From assembly GCF_001194135.2 (NCBI RefSeq), contig NC_068988.1, positions 4,398,112 to 4,462,111 of the forward strand: a stretch of 64,000 bases of DNA, given 5' to 3'. Under the pieces are notes generated by a model. That model worked only from the letters and a program-made list of their open reading frames with translations. It did no database searches and was not told the DNA's origin. Each line of letters starts with the position of its first letter. Position 1 is the first letter of the stretch. This DNA comes from Octopus bimaculoides. Lineage: Eukaryota. Below, in pieces: positions 63,765-64,000 of the stretch. The position numbers and the translations under genes were made by a program.

Positions 63765-64000
63765 TGTTTGACTTTTGTTTTGCATTTGTACAAGTTGGAT
63801 CCAAGTCTCACCCAGAGACCTCAAGAGACAACAAGTTAGAAGTTCATGTAGGTGTTATGCCTAGGGTACCATATATTTGGATTTGTACAGTTTTGTTCAA
63901 GTGAATGTTTAAGAAACCATAAGAAAATTATGTTTGCTTTAAAATTTGAGATCACATAGACAGTATTTTACGTAGGATATGGGCAGTTCCCATGAGCACT
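63765..64000 (-). mobile_element. R4/Dong 3' end running off the window
   Basis: Minus strand reads VLMGTAHILRKILSM*, followed by a ~180-nt UTR and a TAA tail. Confidence 0.85.

Overview
AT-rich, microsatellite-saturated animal genomic DNA with eight N gaps. The repeat families resemble those I recognise from octopus or another coleoid cephalopod; this is inference, not a database result. I could not confidently identify any protein-coding gene. Almost all long ORFs in the track are microsatellite or N-gap artefacts, and only weak candidate exons are offered. The window is dominated by decayed mobile elements. There are at least 11 fragments of R4/Dong-clade (RLE-type) non-LTR retrotransposons, most sitting in (TAA)n tracts. 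There are also RTE and CR1/L2-like LINE fragments, at least four tRNA-derived SINE families, a 5' half mariner, a hAT-like MITE and a possible Academ remnant. The most interesting signal is a set of sequence-unrelated minimal type I hammerhead-ribozyme folds of the Penelope-like type, each with a palindromic stem III. One has a fully intact core (46347-46404) and one lies in a 500-bp fold-back palindrome (2361-2862). No Penelope ORF is recognisable nearby. Other notable items are a covarying 6-bp/5-nt stem-loop shared by the 3' UTRs of divergent Dong subfamilies, several internally deleted LINE copies, a ~65-bp hairpin array in an RTE 3' UTR, and a (GA)n microsatellite that arose inside a Dong ORF.
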